64,000 nucleotides of DNA, taken from the NCBI GenBank assembly GCA_046563655.1, contig CM102283.1, positions 7,316,001-7,380,000 of the forward strand, written 5' to 3'. Every line of letters starts with the position of its first letter. Positions within the stretch are counted from its first letter, which is position 1. Below, one piece after another: positions 14,497-29,500 of the stretch. A model generated the notes under the pieces. It did no database searches. It saw nothing but the letters and a program-made list of their open reading frames with translations, and was not told where the DNA came from. Source of the DNA: Yuukianura sp. NJ FZ-2021 (taxonomy: Eukaryota). A program made the translations under genes and the position numbers.

Positions 14497-15397
14497 TTTG
14501 TGTCCTGTATGTAGTTGTTTGAAATTCAAAAATTCAAATTCCAATTTGGGAGAAAAGCTTTCCAGAAAAGTTTTTCAAAAGTTGTCTCAAGGCTGTTTAA
14601 ACTGGAACCTTCGAAAGGTTTTCTTTTTCTCCAAGTCAAATTACTGGAAGAAAAAAGTTTGCATTTTCTAAGATTGCACAAAAAGTTTTTGAATCAAAGT
14701 CTCCAGCAATAAAGAATCTCCCTCAACTTTTCACAAATTTGCCAATATGGAACGCAATTCGTTTCAGGAGTGAAGTTTAGACTAATATTTTTTTAATTTT
14801 ACGTTTGAATGTGACTGATGTCAAGGAGTTGCTTCTATTCGACCTACCCTGACGAGGACAACGTGCTGAATGAAGTTCTGGATGGGGATGCCGGGTAGTT
14901 TTCTAAATAAAACTTTCACCCAAGAACTTGAACAACCAAAGGTGCTACTGGATTGGCCAGCGCACGAGTAGCGATGACTACTGAGGCAACTACTCGTGTA
15001 TTTCTATTCAACCCATCTTGCAACACTTAGATTGTTTGTCAAAACAAATTTGCAATTACTTTTTACATAAATTGCTTTTTCATGTCTCAGGTGAGGATTT
15101 AAGGCATTTTCCGTAGTAAATAAAACGATTTGTCAACGTCACGCCATGAAATGTCAACATGTTCTATGCTATGTGCGATGCAAATTAAGGAACCCGTTGC
15201 AGTGCAAAGCTTCTCGCAAATATTTTGCTGGAAAGGCATGAACGTAACGGTGAGGTCAAATGCTGATTAATCATTGTAAATTAATTCACACTATTAATCA
15301 CAAGGGTTTGGCAAGGATGCCCATGCCAGACAGTGGTACCAGAAAAAAAAAGTGAAGTGAAGGTATCTGTTTCTCTTACCGCGGTTGTCAATGTTTA

Positions 15398-16044
15398 GGT
15401 TGAGGTAAACTTTAACGGAACTCATTGTAGCCGCACAGTGTAGCCGCCGGCGGCCATCTTGAGTGGCTACAATGGGTGGCTACGCTTGGGCGGCAACATT
15501 TGTAGCCGCCCGTGAGAAATTTTGCCTTGTCGCCACTCTACTGTAGCCGCATATAGTAAATAATGCTGGCAACACTGTTTAGGAATTTAGGAAAGCTTAT
15601 CCTGTATACAGACGTAATCAGTATTGCGAACTTTAAAAAACCTAACTCCGCGCCTTCGGCGCGGGAAAACATAACAGGATTTAAGATTTACTGAATCAAA
15701 AAGAAATGGTTGCCAGTTTAATATTATTTGCTGTTACATTCGGAGAATATAGTTTCATTTTCCCGCGCCGAAGGCGCGGCGTTAGGTTAGGTTAGTACTT
15801 AACAATAGTGATTAGAATTGAGGTTTTGTTTTAGGTTATTGTATCTCGAGACCAAATTCTAAAACATGGTTGCCAGCGTTATTTAGCATGTGCGGCTACA
15901 ATTGGGTGGCGACAAGGGAAATTTTCTCACAAGCGGCTACAAATGTTGCCGCTCAAGTGTAGCCACCCATTGTAGCCACTCAAGATGGCCGCCGGCGGCT
16001 ACACTGTGCGGCTACAATGAGTTCCGTTAAAGTTTACCTCAACC
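15398..16044. mobile_element. Palindromic MITE with GG..CC ends and 8-bp TSD (Merlin- or Mutator-like)
   Basis: Long near-perfect TIRs GGTTGAGGTAAACTTTAACGGAACTCATTGTAGCCGC... / ...GAGTTCCGTTAAAGTTTACCTCAACC; TSD AATGTTTA at 15390-15397 and 16045-16052; internal inverted CCGCGCCTTCGGCGCGGGAAAA. Confidence 0.9.
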
Positions 16045-16165
16045 AATGTTTACATTTTGATAACGTTAATCAAATTACAATTTACTTAATTTAACTACTA
16101 AATTACGATTTAGTAGAGTTATAAGATTTACGTTTCAAGGTTCCTTTGCTAAAACTCTGTTCGTA

Positions 16166-17512
16166 ATGCTTGCAAACAAATTTAGTGGAATTATTACTGG
16201 TGGATGCAAAACAGTAACTGCAATTGGTCGATTATCGAATGCTGTTTGCAAGGATAATGTCGTTGGCGGGAATTTTAATAACGCATTCTCACCTAGCGTC
16301 ATTTTCAATATTGGAGCAAAACGATTTTACCCTCAGCGTAAGTTATCCTGAATAAAAGTAATTAAATTTGTATTGAATAACGTTTTATGATCGAGTTATT
16401 GAATTTGCTTTTCTAATTGAAATAGTTCCAAAAAGATTCTATCAAGAGGTCACTGTGACGAAGAATCCAGGAAATGACACCTACGAAATTAATCTGGATC
16501 ACCGAAAACTGAAAACTCCAGGGAAACATACGTTTCAAGTCAAAAGTGAAGGATTGGCTATGGCAATTTGTCAAGAGTGGGCTTCCCAAGACCAGTTTAT
16601 TCAACAATCGTTCATGCATTTGGTAAAGAAACATAGTCGACGAACAACAAACGTAATCTCTAAACGCTAGTATTTTTATTAATCTTTTTGTGCACTTCCA
16701 GACATCGTTAGCAAATACAGTTCTCGACAACCCGCAGCACAAGACGAAATTCGATCTAGTCAATCAATGTCTGTCATACGTCCCGGAAGACACTATCTTA
16801 TTTCGTGTTCCAGTGAGTGATTAGGTCTACGATGGCCGGATCCATTGTTTATCATAGTACATACCTTCCCTATTTTTATTTTATAGGAAACCAATAACAA
16901 GTTGCTGGAACTTCAAAATGAGAAATGGGATCCCGTAATACAATGGTTTGAGTCCGAATTCGAAACAAGAATACCCATTGTGTACGGCAGTATTTTTCCT
17001 CCAGAAATATCCGAATCAGAACTCGCCAATCTTAGAAGTTTCCTCTCCACTTACAGCTTTGAATCACTTCAAGGTATTAACAGTTGACTTCTCCTCCCAA
17101 GTTACATTCAAAACGTTGATGTTGTAATTTTCAAGCAATTTGCATCTGTCCAGGTTTAATTTTCGCTATGGGAACTCTCCGATCTGTCATTCTGACCATG
17201 GCAGTAGCCAAGCAGAAGCTAAGTGTTCGAGAAGCTGTAGAGTTATGTCGCCTTGAGACCACATTTCAGGTAACCCTGCACCACTTTGTAAAAAAAAGTG
17301 TCGCTGTCGCTAACACACCTAGTACTAGTACTAAACGCTTAGTTTGAAACTAAACTGAATTATCGTAGACTGACCATTGGGGTAACGTCGAGTGGGCACA
17401 CGACCTTGAACTACAAGAAACCCTTGCACGGACCTCAGCGGGTATTCTGTTTCACAACTTTCATGTCACCAGTGACAACGACAAAAGACAACGTAGCGAA
17501 TCACTCAGTTAG
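16166..17512 (+). CDS. ATPAF2: ATP synthase mitochondrial F1 assembly factor 2 (ATP12 family), 6 exons
   Basis: Exons 16166-16337, 16426-16622, 16702-16812, 16887-17073, 17154-17269, 17369-17512 splice in frame. Motifs PKRFY, YEINLDHRKLKTP, LAMAICQEW, MHLTSLANTVLDNP, QNEKWDPVIQWF, RLETTFQTDHWGNVEWAHD. Confidence 0.95.
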
Positions 17513-17739
17513 CTGAATATACAATCTTTTACTTTATTCATTTCCTAGTGAAAACAAGATACTTTTGAAATAAATAATGAAACTAATATCTTTAGTTAAC
17601 TTCAACATCCACATTACCCTGTGGTAAAGGTAAGGCACAAAACAATAAGGAAAAGGAATTAGGTTGACTCAAGGACTTTTTCTATGGACTGGAACAGGAT
17701 GAGAATCTATGGCCATGGATGCTGATGCTGCTGGTTCCT

Positions 17740-20700
17740 TTATGGTAAGTATTTACTCTGTTTGGCACGCAACACGAACACAACGACTCCAATAACGATC
17801 AGAAGCGTACTCACACCAATGACTGCCCACATCGACACATTGGCAACGTGGAACGTGGACAGCAGCTTGTCCTTGAATTCCTGAGCTCGGTCGGCTGGCA
17901 TCGCAGCGTACTATTAAAAAAAACGATTTCATGTCGTTTCAGTTTCGAAATTTCAAAAAACTACGTCTTACCTCATCCGCCCAGAAAACTGGGAAGGTCA
18001 CATCGCCTATCAGCTTATTCATTTGGTACACAGTAGCCGTCTTCTTCAGCTGAACGTTGATCTGAATTTTCTTACTCGCGCGGAGGACAAGGCCAGTATT
18101 CTGAAATCAATCAAATCAATTGCTAATCAATACAACTTAAGATTTACACACGCCAAATCCTAATTTGCATAAACACTTCATTACAATTTCGAGATCGATG
18201 TAAGTTCCATGTTTCTCTTCATCAGGATTCAGTCCTTCAACATGTTTCACATCCGAAGGTTCGCCAAACAAGAAGTGCGGAGTAGATGCCACAATTGGTT
18301 TTCCTGGAAAATCAAATTGAACAATTTAACATCACACCACATAATCCTTACTGAAATTTCAAATTTCAAGGTTTGGAACTTACCGCCTTTGCATCCCGAC
18401 AGCAAGATGACACCAGCACGACATTCCTTTGGTCCATCTTCGTCATTTTCAGCGATCTGTTCCGGTTCAACTGGCTTTGGAGGCGGGGTGGCTTCGCTAT
18501 CAAACAGATCTTCTCCCCAGTCATCATCTTCTTCAACTTTTACTTCTTTCTTCTCTTCCGCCGCTGCTGCTGCCTCATCCCGCGGTCCAATATTTTTACA
18601 GAAACATTCGTTGTCTTTATTCACCGTTCCACGTTCCATCAATTCCTTCGGCAGAGAGAATCTATAACCTGGAATTCCTTCGTGCTCAATGTCCTTCTTG
18701 AAGGTTAGGTAGATTGACCGACATAACTCTTCGCTGAAAACTCGCAACGTTCTGTCTTTAGTTACAAAAGGAGCAAAGATTGAGCCATCAGTTCCATTGA
18801 TTTGGTTGCAGTAGTGTCCACCCCACCAACTGAGGTGGGTTTGGTTATCCCACTTTGTAATTTGGCCAAATTGAGCAGAATCGACGACTCCTCGTTTAAC
18901 TTCAAACTCGGGTCCATTGGTTCCATTTTTCTAAAAAAACAAAACGAAATTCAACATTAACGTTACTTCAGATTCAATTTACAAAAATTTTCAAAATTGA
19001 ACTCACCCCGTAGTTAATTGCAAACATATTGTCGGGCAACAGGACTTTCCCGCCCAGTAATTTCTCTGAAATATCTTTGACTGTCCCTTGAAGGTATCCC
19101 TTGAACATAAACGTCTCGACGGAGCGTTGAATAAACAGCGTTTCATTGTTGTTCCGCACATGCTCATCCAGTATTGTTCGTAACGAGATTGGAGATGTCG
19201 AAAATCCCTAAAACACAAAGCATTCAACATTTTTAAACCAACTAAATCCTAACATTCGTATTTTTAATAGCTTACGGCTAGCGGGATGTTGAGAACAGTG
19301 AACACATCTTGGTCAGACCGACCATCAGAAAGCTCCGGACGGAAGAAGTACGTAACTGCTTGTCGGTATGCCACCGTATCAAGATCTTCATTCACACGGG
19401 CAATCGTTTTCAGTCTCTTCTGCCTAAAAATTCACGAATATATCAATTAATCAAACCTTAAAAATCAATCATCTTAATTAAATCAATTACTCATAAACAT
19501 AGGGTCCTTTCTCTTCCAGAATTGGCTTTCCTCCTTTGATAATTTCATCTGGATTGGTAACGTTGAAGAGGTAGTATCTGATGAAGATCGGTGTTGTAAT
19601 GTTCCTCCATTTATCAAAAGTTATCGTTCCTTCCTGTAACCGGACTTGCTGCAAAACCAAAAAAAAAGCATTCTAAGTTTCCATGTTTAATTTCCAAAAT
19701 CATAAACTAAAAACATATTTCCTGTTTTCTAGCCAAAATCATATCTTTGATTAACGCCGTCTGAAAAAGCTTCCAGCGTGCTAAATAGAAAAAAGATGCT
19801 GTGTTATTATTACTACAAAAACGTAGCTGTCTGTCTGTTTTCTTGGCTCAACTCTTGAAAATTTCCGCATTCGCATAAGGTACATCGTAAATTGCTAAAA
19901 AACTTTCAAGCCAAGAATCCAATTCCAAAGTTCAACTTTACATTAAAAGTTACATAACCAAGTACAGGCGCTCTTTGTACTTGACACAAAAAACAAACAA
20001 CGTGACTGTCGGACTTTCCAGCACCAGAATTCCAGAAATCTGCTCTACTCATACATGTTTAAAAAACCGCCCCCCGTCAATGCAATACATTTGAAACAAA
20101 AAACTGAATGTGATCATAAACCGATGATTTCAACACAAAAAATGTAAAACTTAGCAAAAACCAAAATTACATAAGTCATCCTTCCTCGTGTCCTTGTACC
20201 ATTACTCATCGCGACTGTACAACGTCAAAAAAAATTCTCATGTCTCACAGTACGAAGTTTACCAGGCTAAACATGTTTGAAAAAATTGATGTTTCGGTAT
20301 CAACTTTTTAAAATGCAAGAGTAAAATGTCATCTTGAGTCATCTAGAAACATAAGACGTAAAAATGCCATATCAGGCGACCGAGAATAATAATTCATAAC
20401 ATGTCAAGTAAGTGACAAGTCCAAGGGAAAGCTGGAGCTGAGCCTGATAAACACTTAGGTACTTGAAATTGTACGAGGCTCTAGAAATGCCTAATAATCA
20501 GTAATCCCATTAACACTGAAGTGCTTTTTAACATTTGAAAGTGAAACATATTAAACCTACCTAATGCTAACAATATTATCGCACATGTTGCATATTCCTT
20601 CGTGCTAAAAGTCAACCCTCATCTCCTAGCACTTTTGCACTTTGTAATCCGGGTTCATTTCTATGACTGATACTAAAATTACAAACGAGCGATGAGCTTG

Positions 20701-23413
20701 TGAAACTGATAGTATAACATATTAGAATCAAAAATAACAATCCAAAATGCAAAGTCAAAGTCGTATACATTTTCACCAGTAATGGCAACCATATGTGATA
20801 TGTCCAGCATGCACATTGAACACAGTCCAGTATGTCCTCTACACAAGAAAAAGACGCAGTACTAGTTAACTAAATTTCAATTTTATACTTCAACTCCAAG
20901 TTGTAGTCTAAAGATGAAAAAAACAAAAATTACTGACCAATTTAAAAATTTAGAGGCTCAATTAACAATAAATTGTCTCATTGTGCACCGTTGTTGCTTT
21001 TTTTTAGTATTTCAGCTTTAGTTTTGCCTTTGATAAATTCTCGAGTAAAGGAGCATAATTGCAGAAAAAAAAATTGTAACCTACTAATTTTTTTTAGTAA
21101 CGTGTGTTCGAATGTCCATGAAATTCTTGGCCAGCGAAGATGCAAAGATGAAATAGTTGCTCAACGGGATGCGATGATTATCATGGCAAAAACAACTACG
21201 AAATTCAGCATCACACACCTTCTTGTGATTATCTTTCATTGCCAAAAAATTATGGGCACCTTTACATCCTTCTTGTGCCAAGTTCCTTCTTCTTTTTTTG
21301 CGTACTATGTGAATGGCGTGAGTATACAAATGTCATGTCGAACGGGAAGTTTCATGGACTTTGACATTTTGCTCAAAGCAAAACCTACCCTACGCCTTAT
21401 TTACATCGTTCCAAAAATACTAAAAAGTTGTGACTTGTGACGGCGGCGGCGACAGCGGTTACCCGCGTCAGCCGTAATAGGACACACCATAAACTAAACC
21501 GCGATGTTTTTGTATGGTGAGATACATAACTTTTGTAGCCACCAATTTTTATCCTACATGCAACTTTTAAACAATAAATATCTGCGGTGGTATCCAGATT
21601 GCAATTTTTTTTTTAATTTTTTGTCAACGAAACAAAAACCGCAACCGATCCGAGAAAAATTTCCATTGAAGTTTGCATTTTGATAGAATCGTAAATTTCC
21701 AACAAAACTACAACTGAATAGCGTGCATGTATTAATTGATAACCGGTATTCCGTTTTCTAGAGTCATTCTATAGCTATGTAGTTGATCGATGGACCTGGA
21801 CTCATGGACTCGACTACAAAACATGAAAAAAGTGGGATCTTTGACCTGCTTTGACTCATTGTTTTCATGGATTTTTACAACTAACTTGTTCCTATCGTAT
21901 CTACGTTTTGTACACACCTACAAGATAAACCCTCATCATTGCGTGGAGTAATAAATTCGAAAATGATATAGACGAAAATTATTTCATGTACGGTTGAAGG
22001 ATTCAAGGCAGCAAAAGTGGAAGATTTTGCAAAAATTGAATTTCCGTTTCCTGCAATTAACACTTTAGCGAATATGAAAAAAGACAAAGAAAAACGGCAC
22101 TCAATCGAATCCCAACCTTTGTGTTACAGCTAGAATTGCATAAACCCCGTCTAGAAGATCAATTTTAACGTTGAACTTTTTAACACGAACTTTTTATCCA
22201 TCCATGTTATCGGTTCTCACTCACAACTTCTGGGAAGACAAATACTGAAATACTAAAGCATTTTGTAGTCCTAAAAGCAGAACAACGAAATCTTTCAGTC
22301 TAAAAGCAATTGTTAGTTGAATTTCCTAATCTTCCTTGGTACACCAGGAAAGAAAAAGGAAACAAAGTATCTTCTTAAGCAAACATACAAACTAACTCTA
22401 CCATTTCCTGGATAAACAATGGCACAAACACAAGATTAGTTCCGTGAGGTGACAAAAACTACGAAAGTGAGGCTTTTTAACAGTAGTTTCAACAGTCTAT
22501 AAACAGTATTGATGCAAACCTTCGTTTTGCTTCCTTTGAGAAACAAGAAACCTAAAATATCATGCCACACTTGTATTAATATTGAGAAAGCGCAGTTTTA
22601 CCACAATTTTCCTGCTGCATTTCTAGTATTTCAATGAGAAAATGAAAATTTTTCATGACCATGTTGAGGAAAATTGGTCATTCATAACCTTTGAATGGCT
22701 AACCACACCCGAAGATGAGGGTCATTAAATGTAACAAAAGGAAACACATCCCCCTTCCACATCTCTTAAATCCTGCTGATGCTAACGTTTTCTATTGAAG
22801 GACCCCTCTTGCTCCATACAGAAGCCGTTTAAAACATAAACTGTCAAAATGGAAGATGCTTCAAAATGTTCACGCTGGGGCAGCATAACTTGTACTGCAC
22901 AAGTATTGTACTGTGTAAGGAAAAGGAAAACATCAAGGCATGCCTATGAATAAACAAATGCGTCAAAATTGAGTGAGATACAAATATGAATACGATTACC
23001 AAGATTCACGGCCAGAAAATTCCCGTACGGGGATTTTCTAATGCACGAATTATGCAACTTATACTTAACTATAGTTGTACGTTCTAATTCTTGAATTATG
23101 ATGCACAAATTCATCTACCAACGTGACGAGTGTTCGATCATCCTTTTGCGTATGTAATTTAGTACTGTTGCTTTAAATTAACATGACTGGCCAGGCATCT
23201 AAGAACTTAAAAATATTCAACAAACGGCATTAACATCCCCAGACTCTGACTCTGATCAATTAAAAAAGTATAAAAAAAAAATAATTTGAATAAGCTTACC
23301 GAACTGATTTTAGTTTCGACGACTTTAGGAAAAACGACGACGCCAATGATGATTCCAGCGAGGAGAAAGAACACTCCAAGGCCGATTAGAATTAGCGGTA
23401 GAGCTCTTTGCAT
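17740..23413 (-). CDS. CD36 / scavenger receptor class B family protein, about 8 exons, first intron about 3.6 kb
   Basis: N-terminal TM exon (MQRALPLILIGLGVFFLLAGIIIGVVVFP); YLFNVTNPDEIIKGGKPILEEKGPYVY; CNQINGTDGSIFAPF; FSEELCRSIYLTF; GIPGYRF; KPIVASTPHF; PDEEKHGTYIDLE; LRASKKIQINV; C-terminal TM (VSMWAVIGVSTLLIVIGVVVFVL); stop at 17740-17742. Confidence 0.93.
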
Positions 23414-24717
23414 TGCTTAGATTTATAGTAAATGACGAAAGTTGACTGGATTTGGATAGTAAGCTGTTGAAAGTCGTTGTGTAACTGGAATTCCCCCTTC
23501 CTGATCTCCTCGATCCGGCTTTCCGGATTCCAATTCAATTCAGAGATGATCTCAAGATGTAATCAGTAGCAGTAGTGACTAGATGTCCAGGAACTTGATT
23601 AGAGAAATCGGGCTTCTGGAACGAATGGCACTTTCAAGTTAGGTTATGGTTGAATGGGAAAATGGGATCTGTGACAATTGGTAATTAAGTTCAGATCTGA
23701 TGAACCGCGTGATTGTTCGTAGAACAATACAACGGACAGATTGAAGTTAGTGTAATAAAGTTAATTGTTGGCAAATTAATGTATTGTTCGATACAGATGG
23801 AGGAACAAAGACAGCGACACAACAAACTCAACAAACCTCGCCGGCTCAACTGCAAGAGAGGGAGGACTGACTGCATGGTTTTTACCACACACACATTAGA
23901 TCAGATCACACCACCTTATAAACACACACGCAATTTCCAAGAACCTTCCAGGAAGGCGAGACGGGGACTCGCGACAGATGATTTACATTGCACATGCGTA
24001 GCAATATATATATTTATATATTACAATATTATATATGATTATTACAATATTAATATAGGATAAATAAGATATTAGTAACGTTATTACACGGTACAAGAAA
24101 ATGGAATCACACAATGAACCAATCAGATTCGAAGGATTAGTTTTTACCACAACAAGTCAGCTGACTAACCGCGTCGTCGTTAAAATTTAAGTTTTACCGC
24201 GAAATCGTGTTTCTTTTTTGAAAATTTGAATTACAATCCTGCTCAAAGATGGCGGCGAATCGAATTTACTCCGTTTTTTTTTTACTTTGAAACAATGCAA
24301 TAATAATATAAGATTTACTTAAGTAATTAGTATCTCCGAAATGCCCATTCTAAATAACCGCAAATAGCAAACTTTACTTTAAATTAATAACATCATTTTT
24401 ACATTTTAACATGGAATTGTCGTCAGAAAATTGTAAGCACAAAAAAGATCGGTGTGTTTTCAGTATCTCCGGATGTTGCTTCCCAGTAAACACCGACAGG
24501 AACGGCTACGTTAGTTGAAATCTGACTCCTATCGAAACGAAGTCGGGAGAAAAAACTGCGAAACCTATTTTCTTATCCTAGAACACCCACATTAACGATA
24601 TCATAGAAATTATAGGTATCGGAATCTTTCTCCATAGGCTCGAATTCCTAACTAACCGTAATTCTTGATCAAACTAAAGTTAAATCTTTGGAAAAAAGAA
24701 ACTTAAGGACGATTGAG

Positions 24718-25905
<1,188 letters not shown>

Positions 25906-26561
25906 TCAGGGATTAGTTGTTAGCTCAGCCACAAAATCTGGTCATCCACAGGGCCGCTGCAAGAAAAGAACAAAAAGAAGCTCCTTGAAGAATGTGTCGG
26001 TTCAATACTTCAAAACACAATGGAGCACGAAAAATTAAATAAGTGACTGGTAATCGACCACGATTATAGTTTTCTTGGCAGAATAGTTAATGAGTGTTTC
26101 AGCTATTCCCCTCCCCTCCCGTATATCCCTCATGAATATGGAGTTAAGCTGTCGTCACCGGTTGCTCGTGATTGCGTAAAAATGTTTAAAAGAAGCCGAG
26201 TTTATCTGGTCATCAACTTCTTTTCTTTCTCTGTGAAAAGCTTAAGTTAACATAATGATAATGACAATGAATAAGTAGCAACAAAACAAAACAACTCGTA
26301 ATGACAACCTTGGCACTGATCACTTCACTGTTACCTTTAACTTAAGCACTTTAACATTGTTTACAACTAACCTTGGAAAAAACCGAGCTTCAATTCGCGA
26401 TGTCTACGAGCAGCGCACCAATCTCCGCCTTTTACGCTTCCAAAAAGTGTTGATTGATTCCAGTTGTAATCTTCAGAGCTTTCACAGAGATGTGCGCTAA
26501 AAAAACAAAGAAAAAATCAGTGCTAATTCGTACGCATGACTCATCAATCATGAAACCTAAA

Positions 26562-29500
26562 GGATGGTTTCGGATATCGATGCTACCTTTGAGGACGGAA
26601 ATGAACATGAAGGCGGTGGTACTACATCATGAAATTTTAGGATGAGCATCATATATCATCCAAGAAACTATGTTAAAAAATTTAGGATGGAGTACCACCG
26701 ATTAGTACCCTAAAAGTGTACCTAAAGTTGACTAGTTTTCTAAGGAAATAATCAAGTTTTTCTTGATTATTTCAACCCATTTAAATCATCCGGCTGGATG
26801 TAATTTTTACCACTGGGATGTGCACAATTCTCGGTTTCGTTTTTCGAAGCTGCACAATTTCAAACTTCGTGTTTTTGAGTTTATCTTGGACAATTTCTAA
26901 GTTTTGAGTGCGCATTGCTACGGAAACGGTTTTGGTGCATCAATGTTTGTTTATAAAAAAGTGCGATTTCTTGCTAAGACGTTTGGAAAGGTCAATTCAA
27001 TTTTGAGTTTTGAATAGTACGGACGTGTTTTGTTTTTGTGTTTAAAAAAGTTTGAGTAATTGAGTTTGGATAAAGTTTAATTAAAAGTTCTTATAAGAAC
27101 TAACTTTGTCAAATCAAAATGGGACGCTGGAAGTGTGGGAACTGTCTGCGAATGATAGCTTGCAACAAGCGGAAGTATGTATCGGAAGGAGATTCGATTT
27201 GTGCTAAATGCCAATGTGTTCTACGTAATTCATCAGGCTCAATTCATCGGAAGCTGCGAATGTGTGAGTACAATAAAAAAAAAAAGAAATACCCATTTTG
27301 CAAATTCTGAATTTATATTTACGTTATGACGATATGTTTTATAGCCATTGCTGCCAGTCAACCAGTTCTTCCCGTTTGTCCAGCGACCAGAAGCAAAAAT
27401 GTATCTACTTTTCCTTCTGTTTCGGCTGTAAGCGGTTCAACTGAGTCTTCTACATACTCAACTGAAGCCATGGATGCCGAGTCTAGCCAACATTCATCAA
27501 TTTCTAATGGTAAAACACTGAAACACAATGTTATCAAAGGAATCCAATCTGCAATCGATCCAAAAGAAATGCTGTGGGCATGCTCATGATGCAACTGAGG
27601 ATGAATCTCACCCAGAAACAATTGGCGTTCCTTTTTCGTGTCCCCAACATTTCTACAATTAGTGAAACTCTGGAGGCAGTTCTGGAGGCGCTGGAGAAGA
27701 CGTTCGTTCCAAAACACATTGGATTTCACCACATTTCTCGCAACGATTTGATTGCAAAGCACTCAGTTCCATCGTATAACAAACTTCTTCGAACCACAGC
27801 TCCAACTGATGATTCCGATGACGAGGATGATACTTACAGTAAGTTAATTCGCATTACATTTCATTTTATTACAACTGATTTTTAACGTTGGACTATATTA
27901 ACTATATTTAAACTATGCTTTAAATATTTAACATATTCTTTTAGTGGGCGATGATGTACTGAAGCTTATTTTCGACTGTACGTACCTCTACCACCAAAAA
28001 CCTTCCGACTTTGAACTTCAAAGGAAGACATTCTGCATGCATAAGGGGGCGAATTTGGTAAAACCGATGATGGTGGTTACGGAAACTGGATACATCTTAG
28101 AAGCCTCGGATGTCTACTTTTCTGATGCCGCCAACAACGACGCAGCGATACTCCAACATATGATGGACACTGGACCACTCCTAGACTTCTTCCAAGTTGG
28201 TGACCGAGCTATTTTCGATCGCGGTTTCAGGGACGTCGTGGATTTCACGGAAGGCCAGGCCATTTATCCACACATGCCCCCACTACTGCCGCGTGGTGCC
28301 AAGCAATTCTCGGATCTTGAAGCCAATACTTCTAGGTAATTGTAAATTGTATATTTACAATGTTCACTTCTTTTTTGAGTATCGTTTTCATAACTATAAC
28401 ATTTGTTTGAAATTTCAGACAAGTGACCATGATACGATGGGTTGTCGAGTCAGCCAATGGACGTGTAAAGAAAAAATTCTCCTTCTTTAGTGATGTCATC
28501 GAAGCGTCATACCTGCCGAAAATCGGAAGATTGTTCAGATTAGCCTGTGCTTTCATAAACGCATACTCGGGTCCTTTGTTCAAAGAGTCAGACGAACATG
28601 AAGAGATTGTTGACGACGCCATTGCCAGGATGCACGAAGAAAATGCGCTTCTCAAAATGCTGATGTCGGAAAACCTCCTAAGAAAACGTACGGGATGGAC
28701 TGAAGTTGGAGATTCCGCTGTTCCAGAGTTTCCCAAGTTAACAATGAGGGACCTGAAGATGCTGACTCTGGGTGTTTACCAAATTAAACTTGCCAAGCTT
28801 TACACAAATCAACACATGGCGAACTCCGCTGACTTCATGGTATTTTATGTGAAAAAAATAAATAACATGTAAAGCTAACCATTATATTAAACTGGATTAA
28901 TGATAATTTTGTTCTGGTTGTAGGTGTGGAAGCATGACACCAAGACAAACTTGCTCAAAGCCAAAATCCAGTCGAGGTTCACCAAGAATCGCAAGTACAA
29001 TACGTGGATTGAGTTTGAGCCGAACGGAGGAGGAGCTTCATCCGTCACTGGATACTATTGTTGCTGCTGGACGGGAGCAAGGACCCTCGGTACCTGTTCA
29101 CATGTGGCAACAATGTTGTACTTCCTCGGCTACAGACGACACCAAACTCAGATGACTCAAAAGAAGCGACGAGACCTATCCAGTTCAATTTTGACAGCAG
29201 AACGGACTGTCATTGAAGAGGCCAGTGATTCTACCAATACACAGGATGAATGAAAATACGAACACTGGTGACTCTGAACACTAAAAGGTTACATTTTTTA
29301 TGTTAGTCTTCAGTCTAAGTAGTCTTAAGTTCAATTCAATCTTCAGTTTAAGTCATTTACTTTTTCAATCATTTTTTCTTTTCTTTGTGCAAGCCGAGTA
29401 ATTGTAACTATATTTTCATACCCTTTCCTCTGTGGATGGGGTAAGCGGCTTGAATTGGTTGGGATCTCACACTAACGTGTGAGAGCAGAGGAAAGGATAG

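Noticed and set aside
5540-15800. Scattered TTAGG motifs as interstitial telomere
   Set aside because: Only one to three degenerate units per site, several inside MITEs; not an array.
20973-22087. ORFs in scavenger receptor intron 1 as a nested gene
   Set aside because: No recognisable domain or consistent splice structure; more likely decayed repeat sequence.
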